A stretch of DNA of 63,814 nucleotides, the filler included, from Folioceros fuciformis (lineage: Eukaryota), in NCBI GenBank assembly GCA_049999805.1. It is 6 parts of 6 records of this genome, joined end to end, with 100 filler letters (N's around TTAATTAATTAA, not from the genome) between each part and the next. Parts side by side here need not be neighbours in the genome. Positions count along the whole stretch, not along the records: positions 1 to 18,153 come from JBNGIO010002028.1; positions 18,254 to 41,594 come from JBNGIO010002029.1; 4 more parts are not named here. One strand, given 5' to 3'. Numbering within the stretch: position 1 is the first letter of the stretch; the number at the start of each line of letters is the position of its first letter. A program made the translations under genes and the position numbers. Under the pieces are notes generated by a model. It was not told where the DNA came from. It did not search any database and saw nothing but the letters and a program-made list of their open reading frames with translations. This document shows, one piece after another, positions 13,338 to 24,676 of the stretch.

Positions 13338-13775
13338 ATGCAGGCCAGATGCGCAGCTGCCGCCTTGGTGGCCATAGCCGTGGCCGCCGGGGTGTGTTGC
13401 GTCGACCCGCCGAGGTCGGTATTGGAGCAAGGGGCCAGTCTTGGGAGCGGCCAGGTCCTCACCGATGGCACCACCATGTTGTACATGCAGAGTGACTGTA
13501 ATCTGGTGCTCTTCGCCAACACCATCGCTCTCTGGATGTCGGGCACAGCAGACTTGGGTTACGACTGCGTGCTGAAGCTGAACAGAAACGGCGACCTGGT
13601 GATCAGCGACAGCCACGGCGTTCCTAAATGGTACACCGTCAACAGAGCAATTCCGTCCGACGGCCCCTTCCAGCTCCAAGTGGTCTCCCAGACTGCCTTC
13701 ATCGTGGGCAAATTCGAAACCCAACCGCCCGACTCTCGAAAACGTATTATCATCTGGAGCACGAACATGTTCTAG
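13338..13775 (+). CDS. Secreted bulb-type (GNA-like) lectin
   Basis: Signal peptide MQARCAAAALVAIAVAAGVCC; B-lectin motifs LYMQSDCNLVLF..ALWMSGT, LKLNRNGDLVI and IIWSTN; single exon. Confidence 0.8.
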   Translation: MQARCAAAALVAIAVAAGVCCVDPPRSVLEQGASLGSGQVLTDGTTMLYMQSDCNLVLFANTIALWMSGTADLGYDCVLKLNRNGDLVISDSHGVPKWYTVNRAIPSDGPFQLQVVSQTAFIVGKFETQPPDSRKRIIIWSTNMF

Positions 13776-14966
13776 GGTTGCGAGTCATGCGTCAGTCTGG
13801 CATCGTCGTTGTCGTTTTTCTAGGCCACTGCCATTTTATTTATTCACCTAGTTGTACATACAGTATGTACTGTACTAGGGCTAGGGCTCCGGGCTTGCAT
13901 CACGCCCCTTGTCTCGCGTGACTGACCACGCACCAACTTGCCTCACACACAGGCCGGCTATGCATTGTATGTATGCTTATCCATTTAATTCATCTCGTGC
14001 CCTGCTTCCGTACTCTGTTGTTGCCCTGGCTTTGGCTCTGGCTCTCGAAGAAAAGTGTGTCCTCTCTCGTCACAACATCTACTCCACTCCCTGCGGACCA
14101 AGGAAGAATGATTCAGTTCTGGAATCTATTTTACTGTGCCTTGAAGTAGTGAAGGCATCGAACATGAGCGGTAATGGAATAATCCAGTCTTGCAGTGGGG
14201 CGCCACAAGGACATGGAGATGAGAGCAGAATGCGCACAGAAAAACTGACCACGGCCAGATTGGGGCGGGATATGGAGGGATAGGACTGTCCCAGCAAACA
14301 AGTACACTGGACGTGACCCAAGGTCTTTGCTCGCCTGGTCCTCGTGATGTGAGGTACATAACGACTAGCTAAACAGGGTCCCACCTCCTGCAAATGCGTT
14401 GCATCCCACATTGAATGCAGTAGTGAAAGTGGACGCGCACCTCTGGTGTTTGATAATTTTGGTACCTGTCGTGGTAAGGGATGAGCTGTGCCCAGGAGGG
14501 AGCTGAATCGGCCCTGCCTGGACTGTCAGATTCCTTGCCCCAACCACGTGCCTGGAAGCTGCAGATAATGCTGCCTGCCAGCAAGGGATGGAGGGGTTCC
14601 CACTGCGACCCACCCGAGTGTGAACAGGAGTGAATCCGGAGCACCCGCACGCGGGGAGGGGCAAATCGCAAGCCGGTAATTCAGCTCATGTGTCGCACAG
14701 CTTATTAGAGCCCACGATCCGTCAGTCTAATGCCGCGGGTAAGTCGGTGCAATCTTGACTGTCACCGGCGCGCTTCGCCTGGGTCGAATCCAGATCTGGA
14801 CCTTGGCGCAAAGTCTTCTGGACGTGCGGCCATTGGAGGAGGCAGAGTCGCCGAGGTTGGGTCAAGGCTCTGCGACCTGACTCGGAGCTCATTTGGTAGA
14901 TTGGTCCTTGTGCGGTGTGAAAGCTGATTGCGAGGGGCACGAGGTGGAGGAGCTAGAGTGGGGGCC

Positions 14967-16328
14967 ATGGCTGCCGATTCCGCGCCTCTTCTGCCCAAGG
15001 ATAGGCGCGGGCTGCATGGATACCCGCTGTCGTCCGTCTGGAAGACGTTCGGGAACTTGGTGATCTCGGTGGTGGGCGCCGGAGTGCTGGGCCTGCCTTA
15101 CACGTACAAGGTCACCGGATGGCTGGCCGGGACCATCGTCCTGGCCATCATCGCTGCCGCCGTCTTCTACGCCATGCTCCTCCTTGTGGCCAGCAGGAAA
15201 CGGATCGAGCGGGATCAGCGAAACGACCAGGTCGAGACGTACAGCGACCTAGGCTACCACGTGTTCGGCAATGGCGGGAAGACCGTCGTGGACGCCCTGG
15301 TGCTGCTCAGCCAGGGAGGATTCTGCGTCGCCTACCTCATCTTCATCGGCGAGAATCTGGCCACCGTTTTCACCGAGTCCGTCACCCCGTCCAACTCCAG
15401 CCTCCAGGCTGCGCTCTTCTCAGGTCCCGTCTCTTGCATTGATTGCTGCCATGCCGGTCCTGTCCCATGATTTGTGCGAGTGAAGAATCGGGTCTGAGAG
15501 ACGTAATGTGGGTCTCGATCAGGGATCAACTGGAGGACCAAGGCCGTGTACATCTGGATCATTTTCCCGCTGCAGGTGGCGCTGGCCTCGGTGCGGTCTC
15601 TCACTACTTTGGCTCCCTTCAGCATCTTCGCGGACGTGGTGAACGCGCTGGCCATTCTAGTGGTGCTGAAGGCGGATGTGAAGGAGATCGCGTTCGGAGA
15701 TGCCACGGTGAACGCCTTCAACGGCTTCCACACCCTGCCCTTCGCAATCGGGGTGGCCATCTATGCCTTCGAGGGCTTCAGCCTCGTGCTTCCTCTGGAG
15801 TCCGGGATGCATGATCGGAAGAAGTTCCCCAAAGTGCTGGGAGCTGCTCTAGCTGTCGTCACTGCGGTCTACATTATTTTCGGGCTCTTCGGCTACCTAG
15901 CCTTCGGGGAACACACGGCGGACATCATCACGCTCAATCTGGGCCACGGCATTGAGACTCTGGTGGTGAAGATTTTCCTCTCCATTGCTCTCTTCTTCAC
16001 CTTCCCCGTCATGATGTACCCTGTGTACGAGGTCGTGGAGAGGCGATCGACTGAGGGCAGGCCCACCATCATCGTCAGGGCCTGCATTGTGCTCTTCGTG
16101 GTTTGGTTGGCCATCGCTGTACCCAAGTTTGGGGTCTTCCTGGCCCTCGTAGGGAGTAGTGTCTGCTGCTTTCTCTCCTTCGTTCTGCCCGCAATCTTCC
16201 ACCTGCATGTGTTTGGTAAGGATCTGAGCTGGTTGCAGTTGGGTGCCGACTATATTTTCATCATCTTTGGAATTGGGTTTGGGATTGGCGGCACCATCTC
16301 CTCTGCCCTGGACTTGATCAGTAAGTGA
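14967..16328 (+). CDS. Amino acid transporter, AAAP family (ANT1/AVT3-like)
   Basis: Exons 14967-15423 and 15523-16328, joined in frame by a GT-AG intron. Motifs KTFGNLVISVVGAGVLGLPY..GW, GVAIYAFEG, FGLFGYLAFG and FFTFPVMMYPVYEVVE; many TM helices. Confidence 0.92.
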
Positions 16329-16789
16329 GTGAGGATTTGAGTCCATAACCTACAGGTAATTGCAAGCTGGCCGAGGTTCGGTACCCTGTTGCAAAGGGGG
16401 AGCATTGAACCAGGACTATTGAACAGCTTTGAAGTCAGGAGGCCAAGGTAGATTAGATTAATTGAGTGGGGTGTTCTTTTGGAGGCGTTTGTATCCTAGA
16501 GTGGATGATTCGAGTATCGTATTCTGTCACCGTACATTCAACATTCTTACCTGTCACCGTACATCCGACATTCTACACCCAACTCCTTTGGTCCCCAAAC
16601 CCTGACAACATGAATGTTTGTGAAATCGATACTCTGCCCAGGACGGCACACTTTCTATAGGGTTGATTGAGTATGGTCAAATTCTTCTGTTCATTTCACA
16701 GCTGCCATGCCAATTCTCGAGGGAAGCGGTTGATTCATTCCATAACAGTAAAACGTTACATGCACTCCGGCACCGCGAAACTCTTCTGT

Positions 16790-18153
16790 TCATTCGTCAT
16801 CATCCCTTTTGTATGCTACTAGCGCGTCCACTTTGTGCACCTGCTAGACCCCATGGTACGCGATTCATCAGGTACTACCCTTATACTTCGGATGCTATAA
16901 TCGCTTGATTTACAAGCAAGGATTGTACCTTAGTGTCGAATGCACGCAACTTCACCACCTGAGGATTGTCGATGAGCCGAGCATCAGATTCACCCCATGT
17001 CGTCGGCACCTCGGACTCGATCGACGTGTAGGCAAGCAGGTCAAAAGTGCCTGAGAAGATGGAAACACGATCCTGGTAAGTATATGCTCTTCATGGGTTT
17101 CGTCATACCTGTTGCACATGGCTAGTCCAGGAAACAATGACTACAAAAGCCTTATTGTGAAGTAGGAAGGAAAACTTACATGTCTCCTCCAGAATGGGGA
17201 GGAAGGTGACGCTAGAGGTTATTTGGCGCATAATCGCTTGTATTTCTGCCATTATCTCCCTGTCTGACTTTTCCTTCTGGGAACTGCTCCAAGGAAAGAT
17301 AAGACAACCAAAAATTAGAGTCCTTGTGTCCGTCTCCTCGTCCTGGAATCAGCACACAAACAATCACGGACAAAAAAGCATTCGTACATCCTGGACTGAC
17401 ATTCTTTTTTGACTTTTCCTTGAACAGGGGAGCGCTTACAGGGAGCCCGAAACGACAAGCATCATGGATAACAAGTAAAGGATACGTGTGAGATGGGAAT
17501 GGAGCTACGGCTTGTTCACCCATTACTGGAGGCCTCCTTCTCTGTCTCGATGTTAAAATTCCATCTTTCCAAAACCTCTGAGGTCGACATGCTTTGGACA
17601 ACCAGTACAACTCGCTGCAACGCACCTGTTCCTAGCCAATCTACAAAACAGGCACACACAGATCAGAGACGACTACCAAGGACTGATGAGAGGAAAACAG
17701 GTTCCACAGTCCTTCACCTTACCAGAGAGCTGGGAAACAACTGAGTTGATGTAAGCTTTCACCTGCTCCACCTTACACTGAAGCAAAGTGAGCCCGTATT
17801 TTTTCACTCTCACAAATTCTTCCATGGGATAAAGCCCTCGCTGGTACAAGATGCTAGAGTGGAATGGAGGTCTAGGTCAGTGACCAGAAACCCTTCAAGA
17901 GTGCAAAGCTGTTCACCCTGAACCGCATCTTCCGTAACAACTCACCTGTTCACAGCATAGCCTGCAAGAGAAAATCTTACCAACCGCTCATCCGCATTCA
18001 CATTCATCACTGCCTAGTCCTCAGCAAGCGCAAACACAGGCCAATGCGCCCTAATGCACACTCGTTCAGGGCAAAACCGGATACGGAGCTCCTGGGACAG
18101 AGTAGCAAATAAACGGCATGGAGACAGCTTGCGAAAAACTCACATAGGAACTC
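16790..18153 (-). CDS. MAD2: Mitotic spindle checkpoint protein MAD2 (5' end lost in the gap)
   Basis: Exons >18153-18144, 17961-17946, 17853-17723, 17640-17520, 17283-17180, 17050-16929 and 16840-16790, all GT-AG. Translation: [33 protein letters not shown]...EVLERWNF...EIQAIMRQITSSVTFLP...FDTKVHKVDALVAYKRDDDE* (HORMA domain). Confidence 0.95.
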
Positions 18154-18253
18154 NNNNNNNNNNNNNNNNNNNNNNNNNNNNNNNNNNNNNNNNNNNNTTA
18201 ATTAATTAANNNNNNNNNNNNNNNNNNNNNNNNNNNNNNNNNNNNNNNNNNNN
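18154..18253. other. Artificial contig linker
   Basis: N44-TTAATTAATTAA-N44, giving stops in all six frames; identical at five positions. Confidence 0.97.
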
Positions 18254-18321
18254 GGAAATGGGAGTGCACTTGTTGCCGCGTCTCAGCTTAGGGTTGTGGG
18301 GGTGGTGGTGTTTGCTTGCAG

Positions 18322-19721
18322 ATCCTGATCGGCCCAAGAACGACAAGGCGACCATTCTGGGAGATAGCGTGCAGACGGTGAGGGAATTGCGGGCAGAAGT
18401 GAAGCGGCTCAAGGCGGAGCACGACGCGCTATTGGACGAGTCCAGGGATGTAAGTGAGGGAGTGCAGCAGTGGGTGTTACGGCTGGTGGCATTGCAGGAG
18501 CCTGGGCTGCATTTGATGGATGATGGGGTGTGTGCAGCTGACGCAGGAGAAATCAGAGTTGCGGGAGGAGAAGTCGAGCCTACAGACGGACACTGACAGC
18601 CTGCAAGCGCAGCTGCAGCAGAGGTTGCAACTCATCATGCCCTGGGTGGGCATGGACGTGTCGGCCATGATGGGAGGCTCTCCTTACCCTTATCCTTCCG
18701 TGCCCATGGCCCCTGCTGCTGTTCGGCCACAAGGTGGTGTTGCTGCTTCAGGCGCTGCTGCTGCAGCGGCTGCTCCTCCTCCTGGCCAATCTCAGCAGCA
18801 ACAGCAGCACGCTCTTCCCTACGTGCCTGCTCCCGGGGCCGGAGCGGGCTTCCCCATACACCCTCCTCCCCTGCAGGCGTTTGCCATGTTCGGGAGCAGG
18901 CACGGGGATGGAGCTGTGCCTCCCTACATGCACTACCCGCATTACCCTCCTCCCCCGTCCCACTCCCATGTGGAGAGGCCGTATGCACAGTACCCATCTG
19001 CCATGCAGCCTCCTCCTGGCTACCTTATGCAGATGCAGGCTCAGGTGTCGGGTGCTCCAGGGCCCCCCTTCTACCGACCTTACGGGGCCCCTGGCATGCC
19101 GTCATCGCAGCCTCCTCCCCCACCACCACCTCCTCCTCCAGCCCACGAGATCTCCCAGAGCGGGCCTGAAGGAGAGCAGTCCACCTCGTCCCACCAGCCT
19201 CCTTCCTCGCACGACCACACTGATGTGCAGACTGTGTTGCAGCTCAAGACAGGAGGCAACTCGTCAGCATCAGGACGGGTCCCTCAGTCCACTCAAGGAG
19301 CAGGAGCAGCATCAGCATCTGGAGGGAAAGCACAGCAGGTGGTACCATTGCTTCTTTGCCCTCTTCCTCTTCCTCACCTTCACCATAACACTCAAGTAAT
19401 GCCATGCAAGCTTGTACGTGACATGACACTAACTGTGTGGCCCATTCCCAGCCTGCTAGCACTGTTTCTGCATCCTCCAGCCTGCACAAGGAGTCGGTGA
19501 AGAGGGAAGACAGCTCAGGAGCCCCGCAGGCAAGTGATGCGTCCACACCCCTCGATCTCAGTCTGAGAACCACTTCAGCGGCACCCACAGCTTCCAGTCA
19601 GAGTGCCTCGTCCGCTGGTAGTGACGTTGAAGGTGCCAGAGGAGATGGAGACATACGACACAATCAGGAGGCTCGGGAGCAAAGACGGTCTCCGGACCCA
19701 GAAAACCCAACAACCCCCTAA
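18322..19721 (+). CDS. bHLH transcription factor, clade IV (bHLH121/bHLH11-like), 5' truncated by the gap
   Basis: Exons 18322-18449, 18538-19338 and 19452-19721. DPDRPKNDKATILGDSVQTVRELRAEV..LTQEKSELREEKSSL (helix 2 plus leucine zipper), a Pro-rich middle, VQTVLQLKT and a C-terminal LDLSL. Confidence 0.85.
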
Positions 19722-20837
19722 CACTGCCTTCCCATCCAATTTTGTGAGTTGTATTTATGTATGTGACATCACATCCACCAACAGGCTCTCTCACATTCAT
19801 GGGGCCCGGCACATCTTCTCTGTCGGATCAATTGGATCCGCCTCCTCTACGATAAATCTTCTCCTATTTCGGGATTCTGTTTTGTTCCTGGTCTCTAACG
19901 CAGCATCCAGGACACCATATTACACCAACTGGTATCACATCCCCCTCTAAGTAGCACCTCCACCGCTAAGTAGCACTTCGCTCTGTACATCAGCTTGTAC
20001 TGAAAGCGATATAAAATGTTAACCTCTGGAGTTTATAGTACTTTCTTCCCTCTGCACATGTGCTGCGCTGCAGCGCATGTCAGGGAAAAAATCTTGTACC
20101 AACGGGTGAATTGAATGCAACAACTCCCAAGCGGTCCGAGTATAATTTGGACTGGCTTGCTTCCAATTGTGCTACATAGCCTATCAAGTATGCCATGGCC
20201 CCTGGACGCTCCTTGTACATGATGCACGCACCTCGAGATAGCGACTTTGGTTGGTAGCGACTTTGGTTGAATACAACGATCTGTCAGTCACCCCTGCATC
20301 ACGTTCGCCAGACAGAACTCTGGTGTCCATCTTGCTACTGCTAGGCCTAGGCGTATTATCTCGTGTCTCCTTCATGGCCCCAGGTGGAAAACATTTAAGG
20401 CTTCTTTACTTCAAACGCACGCACTTCGTGCTTTTGCTTTACTACCTTTCCCTTCAGTCTCTCCTCCTTTTTCTCTTCGCCTCCATCATTTTGCGCAACA
20501 ACATCCTCATTGCTCTTTTCATGTTCTCCTTGCTTTCGCCTCCATCACCTTTTCATGTTCTCCTTGCTTTCTTGGCTCTACTTCTTGTAGCTGAAGTGTT
20601 TTCAATTCAGACCTTCTACTCTCTTGGATTGTTTGATCACCTGCTTATTTTTCAAATCCTTTCTCTCCACACGCCCCTCCAACCATCTTATCTAAGGTAC
20701 CATTTCGAATGACGATCGTGCACATCAAGGCGTCGAAAACGTTTTACCTTGCAGCACGGAAGTACCACATCGATTGACGATTGCCCACATAGTGCCCCAC
20801 ATCTGGTCGTCGAAAGTGGCTGATGAAGCCCAGCTAG

Positions 20838-20910
20838 TGGAGAAGACGGGCATCGATCCCGTTACCTCCCGTATGCGAAACGGGCGCTCTACCATTTGAG
20901 CTACTCCCCC
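20838..20910 (-). tRNA. tRNA-Ala(CGC)
   Basis: 73-nt cloverleaf GGGGGAGTAGCTCAAATGGTAGAGCGCCCGTTTCGCATACGGGAGGTAACGGGATCGATGCCCGTCTTCTCCA; anticodon CGC; G3:U70 Ala identity pair. Confidence 0.93.
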
Positions 20911-21283
20911 ATAGGCACGACTAGTGTCTATACATATTTTTTGATTTTTCTGTGTTACGTCCCACGTTGATGAAACAGGAAGACTGCTGTCAGACAACTT
21001 ATGTATTTGGGCAACCCTTGTCCTGATGCTTACATGGAAACGATCGCTGTGTGGCCCGTGTACTTGAAGTTAACAGGAAGTAGCAGCTTTTTCTTCTTTC
21101 TCACTGGAGCTGTTGCGCTGCGAGTGCAATTGTTACAGAGTAGGGCGCGTTTCAGGTGCTGATCTGCGGCGGATCTGAGGCGGATCAGGCCATGCCCGGA
21201 GCGAGGGAGTGAGGCAGCGGGTGTGAAGAATTCGGGAGAGAAGGACACGATCAGGGACGCTCAGCACCAGTAGCCGGGCAGTC

Positions 21284-23834
21284 ATGGCTGCGGAGGAGCA
21301 GCTGGATCGAGATACACTTTTCAGAAAGATGAAATCCAAGGCTGAGAATAAGGTGGGAGCCTAGCTATTTTGCTGTCAAGGGATTGGATTCGTTATGAAT
21401 ACACGCAAATGAATTGAATCTACGGAACCTCTGTCGTGGTTTGTGGTTGCGTGGTTGGTTATGGCTGGGACTGGACTCCTAGTTATCGTAGTTGTTTGTT
21501 TTGTGTGACCGACCGTTGTGGGCAAGACTCGGGTCGTGTTGGGTATTCCCATCAAATGACGGAACTACTGTGACTATGATCTGCAGATGTGTTTTGACTG
21601 CAACGCGAAAAACCCGACGTGGTGCTCAGTTACTTATGGCGTGTTCATCTGCCTAGACTGCTCTGCACTTCACCGTAGCCTTGGTGTTCATATCAGTTTT
21701 GTGAGGTGCGCAGTATTAGGGGTTGCCTTGCCCGGCTTACGTACTCTCTTATTCTGGCTGTTTTCACCTGACATAGGTCTGTTTTTTCGTCTGTAGGTCT
21801 ACGACTTTGGACAGCTGGAGCCAAGAACAGTTGAAGCTGATGAGTTTTGGCGGCAACGCTCGAGCTTTGACCTTCTTCAAGCAGCATGGTTGGACTGACG
21901 GTGGGAAGATTGAATCTAAATACACTTCTCGGGCAGCAGAGCTGTACAAGCAGCTACTTGTGAAGGAAGTTGCAAAGAGTGCTGCCACAGCCATTGCTCT
22001 GAACTCGCCCCCCTCAAAGACACCATCTGTATCAAACGGATTTTCGGACCAGAAAAGTGATCACGATTTTTTCGATGCCAAATATGTCAACAATGCACCT
22101 GCCCCTGCTCCCTCATTACCTGCCGCCCAAACCGCTGCTCCTGCGGCTTCTGCCTCCCGGCCGGCATTAGGCAGTGGTATAAAGAAGGTGCCCACTCTTG
22201 GGGCTAAGAAGATTGTGGGAGGTAAAGCTGGAGGGCTCGGTGTGAAGAAATTGACCACAAAGGTAGGTGTTAGACTCTAGTCTCCACTTTTGGCTTTGAG
22301 AGTCCATAATACTATGCCCTGATTGATTTTCTTGCAGCTGGAGCTTTCAGTTGGTGATTTCTTTTGATTCCTGAACGAATATTGATGGCTTGGGAGGATA
22401 TCGATATGGTGCACTTTGTAAGGTGACTGGCAAGATCGGTTGATTTGGTTACTAACTGGTTCTTTGTTGCCAGCCTAGTGAAGGGTTGTATGATCAGAAG
22501 CCAGTTGATCCACCTCCAGAGCCTCTAGTTGCGATAACAACCTCAGCAACAGTGTCTGCACCCCACTCTTCTCGGTTCATGTACACGGATGATCAGCTGA
22601 CAACCAGTTCAAATGGTGGAGGTTCCCACTCATCTGTACACGTATCTGCACCAACCGCAGGAGGAGACTTTTTCGCCGAGTTTGGAGCCGGCTCTGGCAA
22701 TCGAAAACCATTGTCTTCCAGCCGCTCAAAAATTCAGGTACATTGAGCTTCCCAAGAGGCTGCAGTTTCCAGCCAGATTACGTCGAATAGTTATGTTCAA
22801 ATCTGTCACCAACAGGTTGAGGAGAGCAGTGAAGCACAACGGAAGTTTGCAAATGCAAAATCCATATCTTCTGCACAGTTTTTTGGAGATGCCAGTAAAG
22901 CTGTGGACACGGAGAATACAGTCAGACTTCAGAAGTTTGCCGTGAGTAAAGCTGTGACAAGTCCTCAATATGAGGCTGTTTGTGTGGTGGATTTATATTC
23001 TGCTTTGGCAATCTGAGAGTGTGAGTATGCATTCACGTGTGGTAACTGACTGGACTTCCCAATGTGCTCTTGAAAACCGCAGAATTCGTCATCTATTTCA
23101 AGTGCAGACTTTTTTGACCGTGATGAGGGCAGCAGCAGTGCCTCACCTATGGATCTTACTGCCTCAGAGTTTATGACAAAGCTGTCGATGCAGGTATGTG
23201 GCTGCTTGTGGCTGGCCTTCAACTTAGACTTTCTATGGCTGGTGCTGAACTGTAACTCCATGTTGCTGGTGTTGAATTGCATCTGCTTGTGTCTGGTTTT
23301 TAACTTCAACTCCTTGTGGCTGGTCATTAACTGCAATTGGGGATGAGTATATATGATTCGCTTCCAACCTGGCTCTGTGAGCGCTAATGGTACCTCGTGT
23401 TGGCTATCGCTGGTGTGGGTCAAATCTTCTTGCGTACCTTTTTGACTTGTCCCGGTTTGGTCTCTTGAAAGAAATCAAGAGTAGGCAGTTTACTAACTTC
23501 GCTTCCAAAATAGAAAAATGATGGAAGGGGGGTATTTTTAGATCCTCCTTTTCTTCAGGCCTAATATGTCCAGGTTGTCCTCGATGCATTATGATGCACA
23601 GGGTGAAGCCCCTTTCCAAGCAGATGCTTTTTCATTCCCTGGCTAAAGTGATTTGTAGTTTGGACAAACCCAGGTTTAATTCACGGTAGCTTGGACCCAG
23701 GGCTAATGGATCTTCATGCTTTTCAGGCCTCCCAGGATATGACAACGTTGAAAAATATAGCTGGAGATACTGGGAAGATGCTCTCATCCATGGCATCCAA
23801 TTTCATTAGAGACCTCAATTACAACAACTTCTAG
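21284..23834 (+). CDS. ADP-ribosylation factor GTPase-activating protein (AGD8/9/10, Glo3-type)
   Basis: Exons 21284-21352, 21587-21705, 21797-22262, 22474-22737, 22816-22941, 23083-23193 and 23727-23834. [41 protein letters not shown] zinc finger; [23 protein letters not shown]. Confidence 0.93.
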
Positions 23835-24676
23835 AGAGTATGTGCAAGCACACAGCCTGAGCGTGGTGACCTCTAATGGACCCATCGCTAGGAGGTTGCC
23901 CCTCTTTAGGAGATGATTGTCTTCTGCATTTTGGGAACTGTTGTGTATTTTCAAGCATTTGGCTCTGCGTGCTAAGGGGACTGGTGCTGCTGCAGCAGTG
24001 ACATCTCTTACTTACCCTTCATGTTCTCATCCTCGCATTTATGCAGATCTGAGTTTCACACTGCGTAATGTTTTTGTGGTCTGCATGGGCTGGAGAAGCA
24101 TAATGATATGGTACAACAGATAGGGAGATTGGTTTTGAAGGAACATTCTGGTGTCTGAGGCGGAGTGTGATTGCACCTTCGTAGTCCGTCTGAAATTGGA
24201 TGTCCTGGCGCCGGAGTGTACCCTTCTCTTTCCTCAGGATTTTGGAAGTTGTGTTGCAGATTGGCGACCTGAGGTTCTTGAAGTGATGAAGCTAGCCTGC
24301 AGAGTGATGGAAGATAATCGACGGAAATGCCCGTGTAGAAGTATGCTTCTCTACACGGGCCCTGGTGGCCCAGTAGCTACGAAGCACGCAATTGCGCATG
24401 GCGAACTGGCTCATCGACCTTATTCTGTGGTTCTTGCACCTTCGCCCCTCGTTCTCTTGTGACGGGCATCCATAGAAGAGTATTTTTTTTCATATTTTTG
24501 GAACCTGGTTCTTTTCAACTCCCGACTGAGGAAGGTGGCACTTAATGCCATACAGCACAGACGTCATCTCTGGCGCAGGCCATCCCCAGACTCCCGAGTT
24601 TATTCGACGTTACTGTATCAGTTTTAGAGACGAGGCTTGTACTTTAGGTAAGGATACAAATAATTGCGAAAAATGT

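Noticed and set aside
20251-20712. 153-aa hydrophobic ORF as a membrane protein
   Set aside because: Hydrophobicity follows from a pyrimidine-rich strand; non-ATG start and no recognisable family.
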